DNA from: Pseudomonas aeruginosa
GTDB taxonomy: Bacteria; Pseudomonadota; Gammaproteobacteria; Pseudomonadales; Pseudomonadaceae
Assembly (NCBI RefSeq): GCF_001457615.1
Contig: NZ_LN831024.1
Coordinates: 210,001 to 242,000 of the forward strand
Length of the DNA stretch: 32,000 bases
Reading direction: 5' to 3'
Shown: piece by piece, positions 8,677-18,075 of the stretch
How positions within the stretch are numbered: position 1 is the first letter of the stretch
Layout of the letters: every line of letters begins with the position of its first letter
The notes under the pieces: generated by a model
The model's input: the letters and a program-made list of their open reading frames with translations, nothing else
Databases searched by the model: none
What the model was told of the DNA's origin: nothing
Position numbers and translations under genes: made by a program

Positions 8677-9025
8677 GATGCTTTACCGGCATTGGAAATA
8701 TTGGACAAAGGCATTTGCCGTTCGGGATGTGCTGGTTTTAAATGCAAGCTCTTATTCCGTCAACAAAGAACAAATTAGAAAAATATGCGATTTAGTAATA
8801 AGCATAGATAGACCCCAGGAGCTGAACATGGTCCACCGTGCCTTTGCCGCCCCACCTCCGCCGTTCCGAATGCCCTTCCGCGTCGCCGGCGGCTGTCGCC
8901 CCTGACAGTCGCCCGGGGCTGAGCCGTCCGCCGGCCCCCTTCGAACCTTTCGCCAGATCGCTGCCTTGCGCGGCATGGCCGCCTGCTGCCTGCGTCCGGC
9001 TGCGCCGGAACCGAGGACATTCACG

Positions 9026-11398
9026 ATGAAGCACCACTACCGCCTGCCGCTCCGCCGAACGCCGCCCGGCGGCTCCGACTACGCCCTGGCCCTGCTGCTC
9101 GCCCTCGGCGGTGCTTTGCCGGCCAGTGCCGCCGATGCTCCCGCGCCCGCCGAGGAAGCGCCGCCGCTGGCCAGCAGCGTTCCGGACAAGGCCGATACGG
9201 CCCTGGGCAAGGTCACTGTCACCGCGCGTCGCCGCGAGGAGGATTCGCAGAAGGTACCGACGCCGATCACCGTGCTCGGCGGCGAGACTCTCGAGGCCCA
9301 GCGCATCTCCCGGGTGCAGGACCTGCAGCAGGTGCTGCCCAGCGTCAATGTCGCCTACATCCATGCGCGGCAGTCGAGCGTCGCCGTGCGCGGCATCGGC
9401 AACAACCCCGCCAGCGACGGCCTGGAAGGCAGCGCCGGGATCTACCTCGACAACGTCTACCTGGGACGTCCGGGAATGGCCGTGTTCGACCTGCTGGACA
9501 TCGAGCAACTGGAGCTGCTGCGCGGTCCGCAGGGCACCCTGTTCGGCAAGAACACCACCGCCGGGGTGCTGAACATCAGCACCCGCGCGCCGACCTTCAC
9601 TGCCGAGCGTACCGTCGAGGTCTCCGGCGGGCAGGATGGCTACTTCCAGGGCCGCGGCACGGTTTCCGGGCCGCTCGGCGAAACCCTCGCCGGACGCCTC
9701 TCGGCCTATCGCACCCGCGACGACGGCTACATCAAGAACATCCACGACGACAACTATCTCAACGGCGGCGAGCGCCAGGGCGCGCGCGGGCAATTGCTGT
9801 TCGAGCCGAACGAGGACTTCAGCCTGCGCTGGATCGCCGACTACAACGAGGAGGATTCGAGCAACGGCAGCATGGTGGTCTACGGCGGCGCCGAGCGTTT
9901 CTGGCAGCGCGCCGCGCTGGTCGGCGCTTCGCCGTTGCGCGATCCGCAGCGCAGGAAGGTCAACATCAACGGCCGCCAGCACGTCAGCGTGCACCAGGGC
10001 GGCAGCTCGCTGGAGGCCAACTGGAACCTCGCCGGCGGCTACCGCCTGACCTCCATCAGCGCCTACCGCTACTGGCACTTCACCCCGGCCAACGACGAGC
10101 AACTGAACGTCTCGGCGATCAACGACACCGGGGTGGAAGTGCACGACCGGCAGTTCTCCCAGGAGATCCGCCTGGCCTCGCCCACCGGCGGTGCCTTCGA
10201 CTACGTGGTGGGCGCCTACGCGTTCAGGCAGAACCTCGGCAACAAGACCTTCACCTCCTACGGACCGTTGGCCGACCTGTACCTGCTCGGCGCCAATCTC
10301 GGCGCGCTGAACGACACCTACTCGAAGGCCAACGGCAAGATCGAGACCGACAGCTTCGCGCTGTTCGCCCAGGGCACCTGGCACCTCAGCGAACGCCTGG
10401 ACTTCACCGCCGGCCTGCGCGGTACCTACGAGGAGAAGAACGCCAAGGTCGAGCGCTTCGCTCCGCTGGGCGGCGCGGCGGTCGGCGGGGTCGGCGCGGC
10501 GGTGCGCAACGGCCAGCTCGGCGCCTACGATTCCGGCGATCTCAGCCAGTACAACTTCGCCCCTTCGGCGTTGCTCAGCCTCAGCTACCAGTTCAGCGAC
10601 GACCTGCTCGGCTACGCCAGCCTGTCCCACGGCGAGAAGTCCGGCGGGGTCAACCTGGCGGTGGGCAGCGCACCGAGCGCCGGCGCCGATTCGCTGCTGG
10701 TCGGACCGGAGCGCGCCAACGACGCCGAGCTGGGCCTGAAGAGCACGCTCTTCGACCGGCGCCTGCTGCTCAACGCCAACCTGTTCTGGACCGGCATCCA
10801 CGGCTACCAGGCCACCACCCTGTACCAGGCGCCGGGCTCGACCCAGTTGGTGCAGGTGCTGGCCAACGCCGGCAGCGTGCGCTCGCGTGGTCTGGAGTTC
10901 GAGGCCACCGCGCTGCCGTTGCGCGGCCTGACCCTGAACTTCAACGGCTCCTATAACGACGTCACCTACCTGTCGTTCAAGGATGCCCCGTGCCCTGCGG
11001 AAGTCAGCACCCGGCCCGGCGCGCCGAGCAGTTGCGACCTCACCGGGCAGCGCGTGGTCGGCGCCTCGAAATGGATCGCCAATCTCAATGGCGAATACCA
11101 GTGGCGCCTCGACGACCGCTTCCAACCCTACGTCAGCGCCAGCTACGCCTACCGCTCCGCCGCCGAGGGCACGCTGGACAACTCCGACCTTTCGAAGATC
11201 GACGGCTACGCCCTGGTGAACCTCGCCGCCGGTCTGCGCAGCGATCTCGGCGACGGCCAACTGGACACCTCGGTATGGCTGAAGAACGCCTTCGACAAGG
11301 ACTACTACCTGAGCGCCTTCGCCAGCATCAACGGCTCCTACACCGCATCGGTGGGGCAGCCGCGCACGCTCGGCGTATCGCTGCGCTACGACTTCTGA
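9026..11398 (+). CDS. TonB-dependent outer membrane receptor
   Basis: About 790 aa. Signal peptide, then TonB-box-like [15 protein letters not shown], plug domain ([53 protein letters not shown]) and a C-terminal barrel ending in ...LGVSLRYDF. Confidence 0.96.
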   Translation: MKHHYRLPLRRTPPGGSDYALALLLALGGALPASAADAPAPAEEAPPLASSVPDKADTALGKVTVTARRREEDSQKVPTPITVLGGETLEAQRISRVQDLQQVLPSVNVAYIHARQSSVAVRGIGNNPASDGLEGSAGIYLDNVYLGRPGMAVFDLLDIEQLELLRGPQGTLFGKNTTAGVLNISTRAPTFTAERTVEVSGGQDGYFQGRGTVSGPLGETLAGRLSAYRTRDDGYIKNIHDDNYLNGGERQGARGQLLFEPNEDFSLRWIADYNEEDSSNGSMVVYGGAERFWQRAALVGASPLRDPQRRKVNINGRQHVSVHQGGSSLEANWNLAGGYRLTSISAYRYWHFTPANDEQLNVSAINDTGVEVHDRQFSQEIRLASPTGGAFDYVVGAYAFRQNLGNKTFTSYGPLADLYLLGANLGALNDTYSKANGKIETDSFALFAQGTWHLSERLDFTAGLRGTYEEKNAKVERFAPLGGAAVGGVGAAVRNGQLGAYDSGDLSQYNFAPSALLSLSYQFSDDLLGYASLSHGEKSGGVNLAVGSAPSAGADSLLVGPERANDAELGLKSTLFDRRLLLNANLFWTGIHGYQATTLYQAPGSTQLVQVLANAGSVRSRGLEFEATALPLRGLTLNFNGSYNDVTYLSFKDAPCPAEVSTRPGAPSSCDLTGQRVVGASKWIANLNGEYQWRLDDRFQPYVSASYAYRSAAEGTLDNSDLSKIDGYALVNLAAGLRSDLGDGQLDTSVWLKNAFDKDYYLSAFASINGSYTASVGQPRTLGVSLRYDF

Positions 11399-11438
11399 GC
11401 CTTCACCCACGCAGTACCCCACGCATGAGGAACATGAC

Positions 11439-12341
11439 ATGAGCAATGCAGCACAAGCCCTCGCCACGCCGGTACGGCTCGACATCCGGCCGGTCGCCGG
11501 ACGGATCGGCGCGGAGATTCGCGGCGTGACCCTGTCCGGCGAACTGGACGCCGCCACCGTCGAGGCGATCCAGGCCGCCCTGGTACGCCACAAGGTGATC
11601 TTCTTCCGGGACCAGAGCCATCTCGACGACCAGACCCAGGAGGCCTTCGCCCACTTGCTCGGCGAACCGGTCGCCCACCCCACCGTGCCGTCCCGCGAAG
11701 GCACCCGCTTCCTCCTCGAGCTGGATGGCGCCGAAGGCCGCCGGGCCAATTCCTGGCATACCGACGTGACCTTCGTCGAGGCCTACCCGAAGGCCTCGAT
11801 CCTGCGCAGCGTGGTGGCCCCGGAGTCCGGCGGCGACACCGTCTGGGCCAACACGGCGAGCGCCTACGCCGACCTGCCGGCGGAGCTGCGCGAACTGGCC
11901 GACCGGCTCTGGGCGGTGCACAGCAACGAGTACGACTACGCCGGGGTCAAGCCCAGCGCCTCGGTGGAGCAGTTGGAGAACTACCGCAAGGTGTTCACCT
12001 CGACCGTCTACGAGACCGAGCACCCGGTGGTCCGCGTGCATCCGCAAAGCGGCGAGCGGACGCTGCTCCTCGGCCACTTCGTGAAACGCCTGAAGGGTCT
12101 TTCGCAGCATGACTCGGCGCACCTCTTCGCGGTGCTGCAGGGGCACGTCACGCGCCTGGAGAACACCGTGCGCTGGCGCTGGCAGGCCGGCGACGTGGCG
12201 ATCTGGGACAATCGCGCGACCCAGCACTACGCGATCGACGACTACGGCGACCAGCCGCGCGTGGTGCGCCGGGTGACCCTCGGCGGCGACGTGCCGGTAG
12301 GCATCGACGGGCAACGCAGCCGGACGATCCGGAAGGCATGA
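11439..12341 (+). CDS. TauD/TfdA-family 2-oxoglutarate-dependent dioxygenase
   Basis: 300 aa with [11 protein letters not shown], the HxD motif [19 protein letters not shown], and C-terminal [24 protein letters not shown]. Confidence 0.94.
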   Translation: MSNAAQALATPVRLDIRPVAGRIGAEIRGVTLSGELDAATVEAIQAALVRHKVIFFRDQSHLDDQTQEAFAHLLGEPVAHPTVPSREGTRFLLELDGAEGRRANSWHTDVTFVEAYPKASILRSVVAPESGGDTVWANTASAYADLPAELRELADRLWAVHSNEYDYAGVKPSASVEQLENYRKVFTSTVYETEHPVVRVHPQSGERTLLLGHFVKRLKGLSQHDSAHLFAVLQGHVTRLENTVRWRWQAGDVAIWDNRATQHYAIDDYGDQPRVVRRVTLGGDVPVGIDGQRSRTIRKA

Positions 12342-12349
12342 CGGACCCG

Positions 12350-12372
12350 GCCCTCTCCTCGCCGGGGAGGGC
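12350..12372. terminator. Hairpin between the two tandem dioxygenase genes
   Basis: GCCCTCTCC-TCGCC-GGGGAGGGC: 9-bp stem including one G-U pair. No U-tract, so the terminator call is weak. Confidence 0.3.
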
Positions 12373-12408
12373 GACCACAGGAAGAACGAACCCGCGAGGA
12401 CCCCTTAC

Positions 12409-13307
12409 ATGAGCCAATCCGCCACCGCCCGGCAACCCGAACCCGAGGTCGCCGAGGCATTCCGCATCACCCCCCTGGAGGCGCCGCTGGGCGCCGAAGT
12501 CCGTGGCCTCGACGCGCGCCGGCCGCTGGCGCCGGAGCAGGTCCTGGCGCTCAAGCAGGCGCTGCGCGAGCACCACATCCTGGTGTTCCGCCAGCAGCAC
12601 CTCGACGATGAGCAGTACTTGCGCTTCGCCACCCTGTTCGGCTCGGTGTTCCAGCCGCCGGCGGACATCCCGGTGCTGTCCTCGGGTGGCGACGGCAAGG
12701 TGCCGGACATCGTCAAGGTGGCCAACACCGGCGACGGCGAACTGGGCAACTTCGCCCTGCCGGCACACATCGACCACCAATGGACGCCGGTGCCGTCCTC
12801 CGGCTCGTTCCTCTACGCACTGGAGGTGCCGTCCAGTGGCGGCGAGACGCGCTTCACCAACCTGGCGCGCGCCTACGAGAGCCTCGACGAGGCGACCCGG
12901 CGCGAGATCGATGGCCTGCGCCTGATCAACTACAACCCCTTCATCCGCCTGCGCGAGGGCGGCTACGGCGGCGGTTTCGCCACCTACCGCACGCCGGACA
13001 TCGAACCGATCCAGGGCAGCGAGCACCCGCTGGTACGCACCCACCCGGAAAGCGGCCGGCGCGTACTGTTCCTCAGCGCCCACACCGAGGTGGAGATTCC
13101 CGGCTACGACCCGCGCGGGGCCAGGCGCTGATCGGTCGCCTGCGCGAACATCTGGCGCGCCCGGAACTGAGCTACAGCCACGCCTGGTCGGTGGGCGACA
13201 TCGTCTGGTGGGACAACCAGGCCGTGCTGCATGCGCGCAACGCCTTCCCGGCCAGCGAGCGGCGGCGCCTGAAGCGCATCAGCCTGGCGGGCAGCCGTCC
13301 GTTCTGA
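12409..13307 (+). pseudogene. TauD/TfdA-family dioxygenase with an apparent frameshift near 13110-13126
   Basis: ORF 12409-13131 encodes the N-terminal part (GAEVRGLDARR; HIDHQWTPVPSSGSFLYALEVPSSGGETRFTN). The conserved C-terminus (RLREHLARPELSYSHAWSVGDIVWWDNQAVLHARNAFPASERRRLKRISL) is in another frame of ORF 12780-13307. Adding 1 nt around GACCCG/CGCGGGG restores one reading frame. Confidence 0.8.
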
Positions 13308-13405
13308 GCCGGCATCCCCCAGCGTGCGCCGGCTCCTCCGTTGCCGACCGGCGTAGGTCGCTGCGCGCCGCTCTGGCGAGCCCCTTCCGTTCCGGCGAAT
13401 AGCTA

Positions 13406-13436
13406 GCAGAACTGCGACATGCTGTCGCAGTTCTGC
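13406..13436. repeat. Perfect 14-bp inverted repeat, possible terminator-like or operator-like element
   Basis: GCAGAACTGCGACA-TGC-TGTCGCAGTTCTGC. Confidence 0.7.
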
Positions 13437-13801
13437 CATTTCTCCGCGTCTATCCTGCCCATAGGGCAATTCGCCTTTGGTCTAACGAGCTGGCCTGCAG
13501 CGCCCATGGAAAGGCGATCCTGACTTTGTAGTCAAAGTTTTGCTTTGCTACTTTGGCCAGGCATCAGGGATTGCTGATACAGCGTATTAAAAACATTAAT
13601 TACCCCGCCATTCCGCGGCGCTGGCAGGATATTTTCCCGTCGAAACCGTAGCGGCTTGACCTGATAGCCGGTCATTCACGGCAGGGATGTCATATTCTCG
13701 CGCGGGCTTCCCCGGATAGGCTGCACGCCAGTCAGGACGCGCCCGGCGGTGATGGGCGGGAATTGTTGGTCGGTTTATGACTTGTAGTTTCTCTGTCGTA
13801 T

Positions 13802-13827
13802 GCCTTCAGAACTTGTTGAAGGCTTTT
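13802..13827 (+). terminator. Intrinsic-terminator-like hairpin upstream of pntAA
   Basis: GCCTTCA-GAACTTGT-TGAAGGC followed by TTTT. Confidence 0.45.
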
Positions 13828-13953
13828 CGGCTCGATTGCACAATGCCGCGCCAAGGTTCGTTCGCGAATCGCGGTATGTGAGCTAGACCTCCGCAGCCGG
13901 TGCGCCATCCGCAGTGCCCCGGACTACTCGACAATCACGCAGGAGATTCGTGA

Positions 13954-15072
13954 GTGCAGATCGGTGTCCCCCTCGAGACCCATGCCGGTGAGACGCGGGT
14001 TTCCGCCACCCCGGAAACCGTCAAGAAGCTGATCGGCCAAGGCCACCAGGTGATCGTCCAGAGCGGCGCCGGCGTCAACGCCAGCCAGCCGGACAGTGCC
14101 TATGAAGCCGCTGGCGCGACGATCGGCAGCGCCGCCGAGGCCTTCGGCGCCGACCTGGTGCTGAAGGTGGTCGCGCCCAGCGCCGCCGAGCTGGCCCAGA
14201 TGAAAAGCGGTGCCGTGCTGGTCGGCATGCTCAACCCCTTCGACAACGAGAACATCGCCCGCATGGCCGAGCGCGGCATCACCGCCTTCGCCCTCGAGGC
14301 CGCGCCGCGTACCTCGCGGGCGCAGAGCCTGGACGTGCTCTCCTCGCAGGCCAACATCGCCGGCTACAAGGCGGTGATGCTCGCCGCCAACCACTACCCG
14401 CGCTTCATGCCGATGCTGATGACCGCCGCCGGCACCGTGAAGGCCGCCCGCGTGCTGATCCTCGGCGCCGGCGTCGCCGGCCTGCAGGCGATCGCCACGG
14501 CCAAGCGCCTGGGCGCGGTGATCGAGGCTTCCGACGTGCGTCCGGCGGTGAAGGAGCAGATCGAGTCGCTCGGCGCCAAGTTCGTCGACGTGCCCTACGA
14601 GACCGACGAAGAGCGCGAGTGCGCCGAAGGCGTCGGCGGCTACGCGCGGCCGATGCCGGCCTCGTGGATGGAGCGCCAGGCCAAGGCCGTGCACGAGCGC
14701 GCCAAGCAGTCGGACATCGTCATCACCACCGCGCTGATCCCCGGCCGCAAGGCGCCGACGCTGCTGCACGAGGCGACCGTGGCGGAGATGAAGCCGGGCT
14801 CGGTGGTCATCGACCTGGCCGCCGCCCAGGGCGGCAACTGCCCGCTGACCGAGGCCGACCAGGTCGTGGTCCGGCACGGCGTGACCATCGTCGGCCACAG
14901 CAACCTGGCCGCGCTGGTACCGGCGGACGCCTCGGCGCTATACGCGCGCAACATCCTCGATTTCCTCAAGCTCACCCTGAACGCCGAAGGCTTCAGCGTG
15001 AACCTCGAGGACGACATCGTCGCCGCCTGCCTGATGTGCCGCGACGGCCAGGCGGTGCGCAAGAACGGCTGA
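13954..15072 (+). CDS. pntAA: NAD(P) transhydrogenase subunit alpha part 1 (PntAA)
   Basis: GTG start after AGGAGA. MQIGVPLETHAGETRVSATPETVKKLIGQGHQV and nucleotide-binding RVLILGAGVAGLQAIATAKRLGAVIEASDVR. Ends before an integral membrane subunit gene. Confidence 0.96.
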   Translation: MQIGVPLETHAGETRVSATPETVKKLIGQGHQVIVQSGAGVNASQPDSAYEAAGATIGSAAEAFGADLVLKVVAPSAAELAQMKSGAVLVGMLNPFDNENIARMAERGITAFALEAAPRTSRAQSLDVLSSQANIAGYKAVMLAANHYPRFMPMLMTAAGTVKAARVLILGAGVAGLQAIATAKRLGAVIEASDVRPAVKEQIESLGAKFVDVPYETDEERECAEGVGGYARPMPASWMERQAKAVHERAKQSDIVITTALIPGRKAPTLLHEATVAEMKPGSVVIDLAAAQGGNCPLTEADQVVVRHGVTIVGHSNLAALVPADASALYARNILDFLKLTLNAEGFSVNLEDDIVAACLMCRDGQAVRKNG

Positions 15073-15147
15073 GCCGCTGCGTCGGGAAGCTTCGATAACG
15101 ATAAATGCGCACGCCTCGCGCCTGCGCCCTGAAGACCGGTGAAAACG

Positions 15148-15456
15148 ATGGATATCATTTCTGACGGGATCTACAACCTGATCATCTTCGTGCTGGCCGT
15201 GTACGTCGGCTACCACGTGGTATGGAACGTCACCCCTGCCTTGCACACCCCGCTGATGGCGGTGACCAACGCGATTTCCGCGATCGTCATCGTCGGCGCC
15301 ATGCTCGCCGCCGCCCTGACCGTGACCCCGCTGGGCAAGGCCATGGGCACCCTCGCCGTGGCCCTGGCCGCGGTCAATGTGTTCGGTGGCTTCCTGGTCA
15401 CCCGGCGCATGCTGGAAATGTTCAAGAAGAAAGCGCCGAAGGCGGGGGGCCACTGA
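15148..15456 (+). CDS. pntAB: NAD(P) transhydrogenase subunit alpha part 2 (PntAB)
   Basis: [52 protein letters not shown]..., a membrane protein of about 100 aa. A GTG at 15139 is an alternative start. Confidence 0.95.
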   Translation: MDIISDGIYNLIIFVLAVYVGYHVVWNVTPALHTPLMAVTNAISAIVIVGAMLAAALTVTPLGKAMGTLAVALAAVNVFGGFLVTRRMLEMFKKKAPKAGGH

Positions 15457-16892
15457 TGAGCATGAACCTGGTCACCCTCCTGTACCTCATCGCCTCGGTC
15501 TGCTTCATCCAGGCCCTGAAAGGCCTGTCGCACCCGACCACCTCGCGCCGCGGCAACCTCTTCGGCATGGTCGGCATGGCCATCGCCGTGGCCACCACCG
15601 TCGGCCTGGTGTTCAAGCTGGGCGCGGAGATCGCCACCACCGGCGTCGGCTACATCGTCGTCGGCCTGCTGGTTGGCGGTACCGCCGGCTCGATCATGGC
15701 CAAGCGCGTCGAGATGACCAAGATGCCCGAGCTGGTCGCCTTCATGCACAGCATGATCGGCCTGGCCGCGGTGTTCATCGCCATCGCCGCGGTGGTCGAG
15801 CCGCAGTCGCTGGGGATCGTCGCGCACCTGGGCGACACCATTCCCACCGGCAACCGCCTGGAGCTGTTCCTCGGCGCGGCCATCGGCGCCATCACCTTCT
15901 CCGGTTCGGTGATCGCCTTCGGCAAGCTCTCCGGCAAGTACAAGTTCCGCCTGTTCCAGGGCACCCCGGTGCAGTTCTCCGGGCAGCACCTGCTGAACCT
16001 GGTGCTCGGCCTGGCGACCCTCGGCCTGGGCCTGGTGTTCATGTTCACCGGCAACCTCACCGCCTTCGCCGTGATGCTGGCGCTGGCCTTCGTCCTCGGC
16101 GTGCTGATCATCATCCCCATCGGCGGCGCCGACATGCCGGTGGTGGTGTCGATGCTCAACTCCTATTCCGGCTGGGCCGCGGCGGGGATCGGCTTCTCGC
16201 TGAACAACTCGATGCTGATCATCGCCGGCTCGCTGGTCGGCTCCTCGGGTGCGATCCTCTCCTACATCATGTGCAAGGCGATGAACCGCTCGTTCTTCAA
16301 CGTCATCCTCGGCGGCTTCGGCGCCGAAGCCGACGCCGGCGGCCCGGCGGGCTCCAAGGAGCAGCGTCCGGTGAAGTCCGGTTCGGCCGACGATGCCTCG
16401 TTCCTGCTGACCAACGCCGACAGCGTGATCATCGTCCCCGGCTACGGCCTGGCGGTGGCCCGCGCCCAGCACGCGCTGATGGAACTGGCGGAGAAGCTGA
16501 CCCATCGCGGGGTCACCGTGAAGTTCGCCATCCACCCGGTCGCCGGGCGCATGCCGGGGCACATGAACGTGCTGCTGGCCGAGGCCGAGGTGCCCTACGA
16601 GCAGGTGTTCGAGATGGAGGACATCAACTCCGAGTTCGGCCAGACCGACGTGGTCCTGGTGCTCGGTGCCAACGACGTGGTCAACCCGGCGGCGAAGAAC
16701 GATCCGAAGTCGCCCATCGCCGGCATGCCGATCCTCGAGGCCTACAAGGCCAAGACCGTGATCGTCAACAAGCGCTCCATGGCCAGCGGCTACGCCGGCC
16801 TGGACAACGAGCTGTTCTACCTGGACAAGACCATGATGGTGTTCGGCGACGCCAAGAAAGTCATCGAAGACATGGTCAAGGCGGTGGAGTGA
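15456..16892 (+). CDS. pntB: NAD(P) transhydrogenase subunit beta (PntB)
   Basis: The ATG overlaps the pntAB stop by 1 nt. 478 aa. N-terminal [27 protein letters not shown] and C-terminal NADP-binding VIIVPGYGLAVARAQHALMELAEKL ... FAIHPVAGRMPGHMNVLLAEAEVPYE. Confidence 0.97.
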   Translation: MSMNLVTLLYLIASVCFIQALKGLSHPTTSRRGNLFGMVGMAIAVATTVGLVFKLGAEIATTGVGYIVVGLLVGGTAGSIMAKRVEMTKMPELVAFMHSMIGLAAVFIAIAAVVEPQSLGIVAHLGDTIPTGNRLELFLGAAIGAITFSGSVIAFGKLSGKYKFRLFQGTPVQFSGQHLLNLVLGLATLGLGLVFMFTGNLTAFAVMLALAFVLGVLIIIPIGGADMPVVVSMLNSYSGWAAAGIGFSLNNSMLIIAGSLVGSSGAILSYIMCKAMNRSFFNVILGGFGAEADAGGPAGSKEQRPVKSGSADDASFLLTNADSVIIVPGYGLAVARAQHALMELAEKLTHRGVTVKFAIHPVAGRMPGHMNVLLAEAEVPYEQVFEMEDINSEFGQTDVVLVLGANDVVNPAAKNDPKSPIAGMPILEAYKAKTVIVNKRSMASGYAGLDNELFYLDKTMMVFGDAKKVIEDMVKAVE

Positions 16893-16912
16893 TTCCCCGC
16901 TGAGTCCACCAG

Positions 16913-16937
16913 AACCCCGGCCCAGGCCGGGGTTTTT
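16913..16937 (+). terminator. Intrinsic terminator of the pnt operon
   Basis: AACCCCGGC-CCAG-GCCGGGGTT followed immediately by TTT, 21 nt after the pntB stop. Confidence 0.88.
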
Positions 16938-17013
16938 CGTTTTCGCGGGTTGTCCGCGCAGCGTTCTCCGCCGCTTCCAACGGCGAAAACACCAGCCTTT
17001 CAGGAATATTTTT

Positions 17014-17037
17014 CATGCCCGCAAGGCATGGGTTTTT
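17014..17037 (+). terminator. Second intrinsic-terminator-like hairpin downstream of pntB
   Basis: CATGCC-CGCAA-GGCATG-GG-TTTTT. Confidence 0.6.
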
Positions 17038-17234
17038 CGTCGGATCGCTGTAGCCCGCCAACCACGCGGCCTGTGGCGACAGGGGCGAAACCCATAGCTC
17101 CAGAAGTTATTTCCATAACAAAAATAATTACTTCAGGCGCTAAGCCTCCTTGCCAATCATGCAACTCCCTGCGCCGCTAGGACTCCAGCACGGACCTGAG
17201 CGGCCATCGAGTTCGTCAGTGCAAGGAGCTTTTC

Positions 17235-18047
17235 ATGGCAACACCCCAGCCCGTCGATGCCCGCACGCAGCCCTGGCGCGAGACGCCCGGCGGCGACCTG
17301 GTGGCGCTCGGTCGGCCGGTTCGCCAGGCGTTGCACCTGGTTCGCCACAACCCGGCACAGGGTCGGGTGCTCAGCCGGCGCGAGACGATCCTGCTGGTCC
17401 TGTTCGCCCTGACCCTGCACGGAGCGGTGATCCATTGGCTGAGCCAGCAGAGAACCCCGGCGCTGCCCGAGGTGCCGCCACAGGTGCCGCCGATGACCAT
17501 CGAGTTCACCGCCCCGGCGCCGCCGGTGGTGGAACCGCCGCCGCCCGAGCCGTTGCCGCCGGTGGTCGAGGAACCGCCACCACCGGTGGTCGACGAGAAC
17601 GCGGTGAAGCCGCCGCCGCCGAAGCCGGTGCCCAAGCCGAAACCCAAGCCCAAGCCGCAACCCCGGCCCAAGCCGGCGCCGAAGGCCGTCGAGCCGGCTC
17701 CGCCCGCGCCGCCGCAACCCGCCGCGCCACCCGCCCCGCCGGCGCCGGCCGCCGCCCCGGCGCCGCTGACGCCGCCGTCGGCGAACGCCGGCTACCTGCA
17801 CAACCCGGCGCCGGAATACCCCGCCCTGGCCATGCGCCGCGGCTGGGAGGGCACCGTGCTGTTGCGGGTGCATGTCCTCGCCAGCGGCAGCCCGAGCGAG
17901 ATCCAGGTGCAGAAGTCGAGCGGACGCGAAGCCCTCGACCAGGCCGCGGTGAAAGCGGTCAAGCGCTGGTCCTTCGTTCCTGCCAAGCGCGGCGACAAGG
18001 CCGAGGACGGCTGGGTCAGCGTACCGATCGATTTCAAGTTGAACTGA
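17235..18047 (+). CDS. tonB2: TonB-family energy transducer
   Basis: 270 aa. One N-terminal transmembrane segment (TILLVLFALTLHGAVIHWL), a long Pro/Lys/Glu-rich spacer (PPPPKPVPKPKPKPKPQPRPKPAPK), and C-terminal TonB domain GYLHNPAPEYPALAMRRGWEGTVLLRVHVLASGSPSEIQVQKSSGREALDQAAVKAVKRWSFVPA. Confidence 0.93.
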   Translation: MATPQPVDARTQPWRETPGGDLVALGRPVRQALHLVRHNPAQGRVLSRRETILLVLFALTLHGAVIHWLSQQRTPALPEVPPQVPPMTIEFTAPAPPVVEPPPPEPLPPVVEEPPPPVVDENAVKPPPPKPVPKPKPKPKPQPRPKPAPKAVEPAPPAPPQPAAPPAPPAPAAAPAPLTPPSANAGYLHNPAPEYPALAMRRGWEGTVLLRVHVLASGSPSEIQVQKSSGREALDQAAVKAVKRWSFVPAKRGDKAEDGWVSVPIDFKLN

Positions 18048-18075
18048 ATCTGCAGCGTCACGAGGAGCATCCGTC

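Noticed and set aside
8792-11749. 985 aa minus-strand ORF antisense to the TonB receptor
   Set aside because: Low-complexity, Arg/Ala/Gly/Val-rich composition with no recognisable motif. The plus strand has a fully convincing receptor; long antisense frames are common in high-GC Pseudomonas genes.
15377-16903. 508 aa plus-strand ORF in another frame of pntB, and 15210-16562 antisense ORF
   Set aside because: Both overlap the unambiguous pntB; composition is Arg/His/Gly-rich and non-natural.
17535-17720. Proline/lysine repeats that look like a tandem repeat array
   Set aside because: These are the PPPP/KPKP periplasmic spacer codons expected of a TonB protein, not a separate repeat element.
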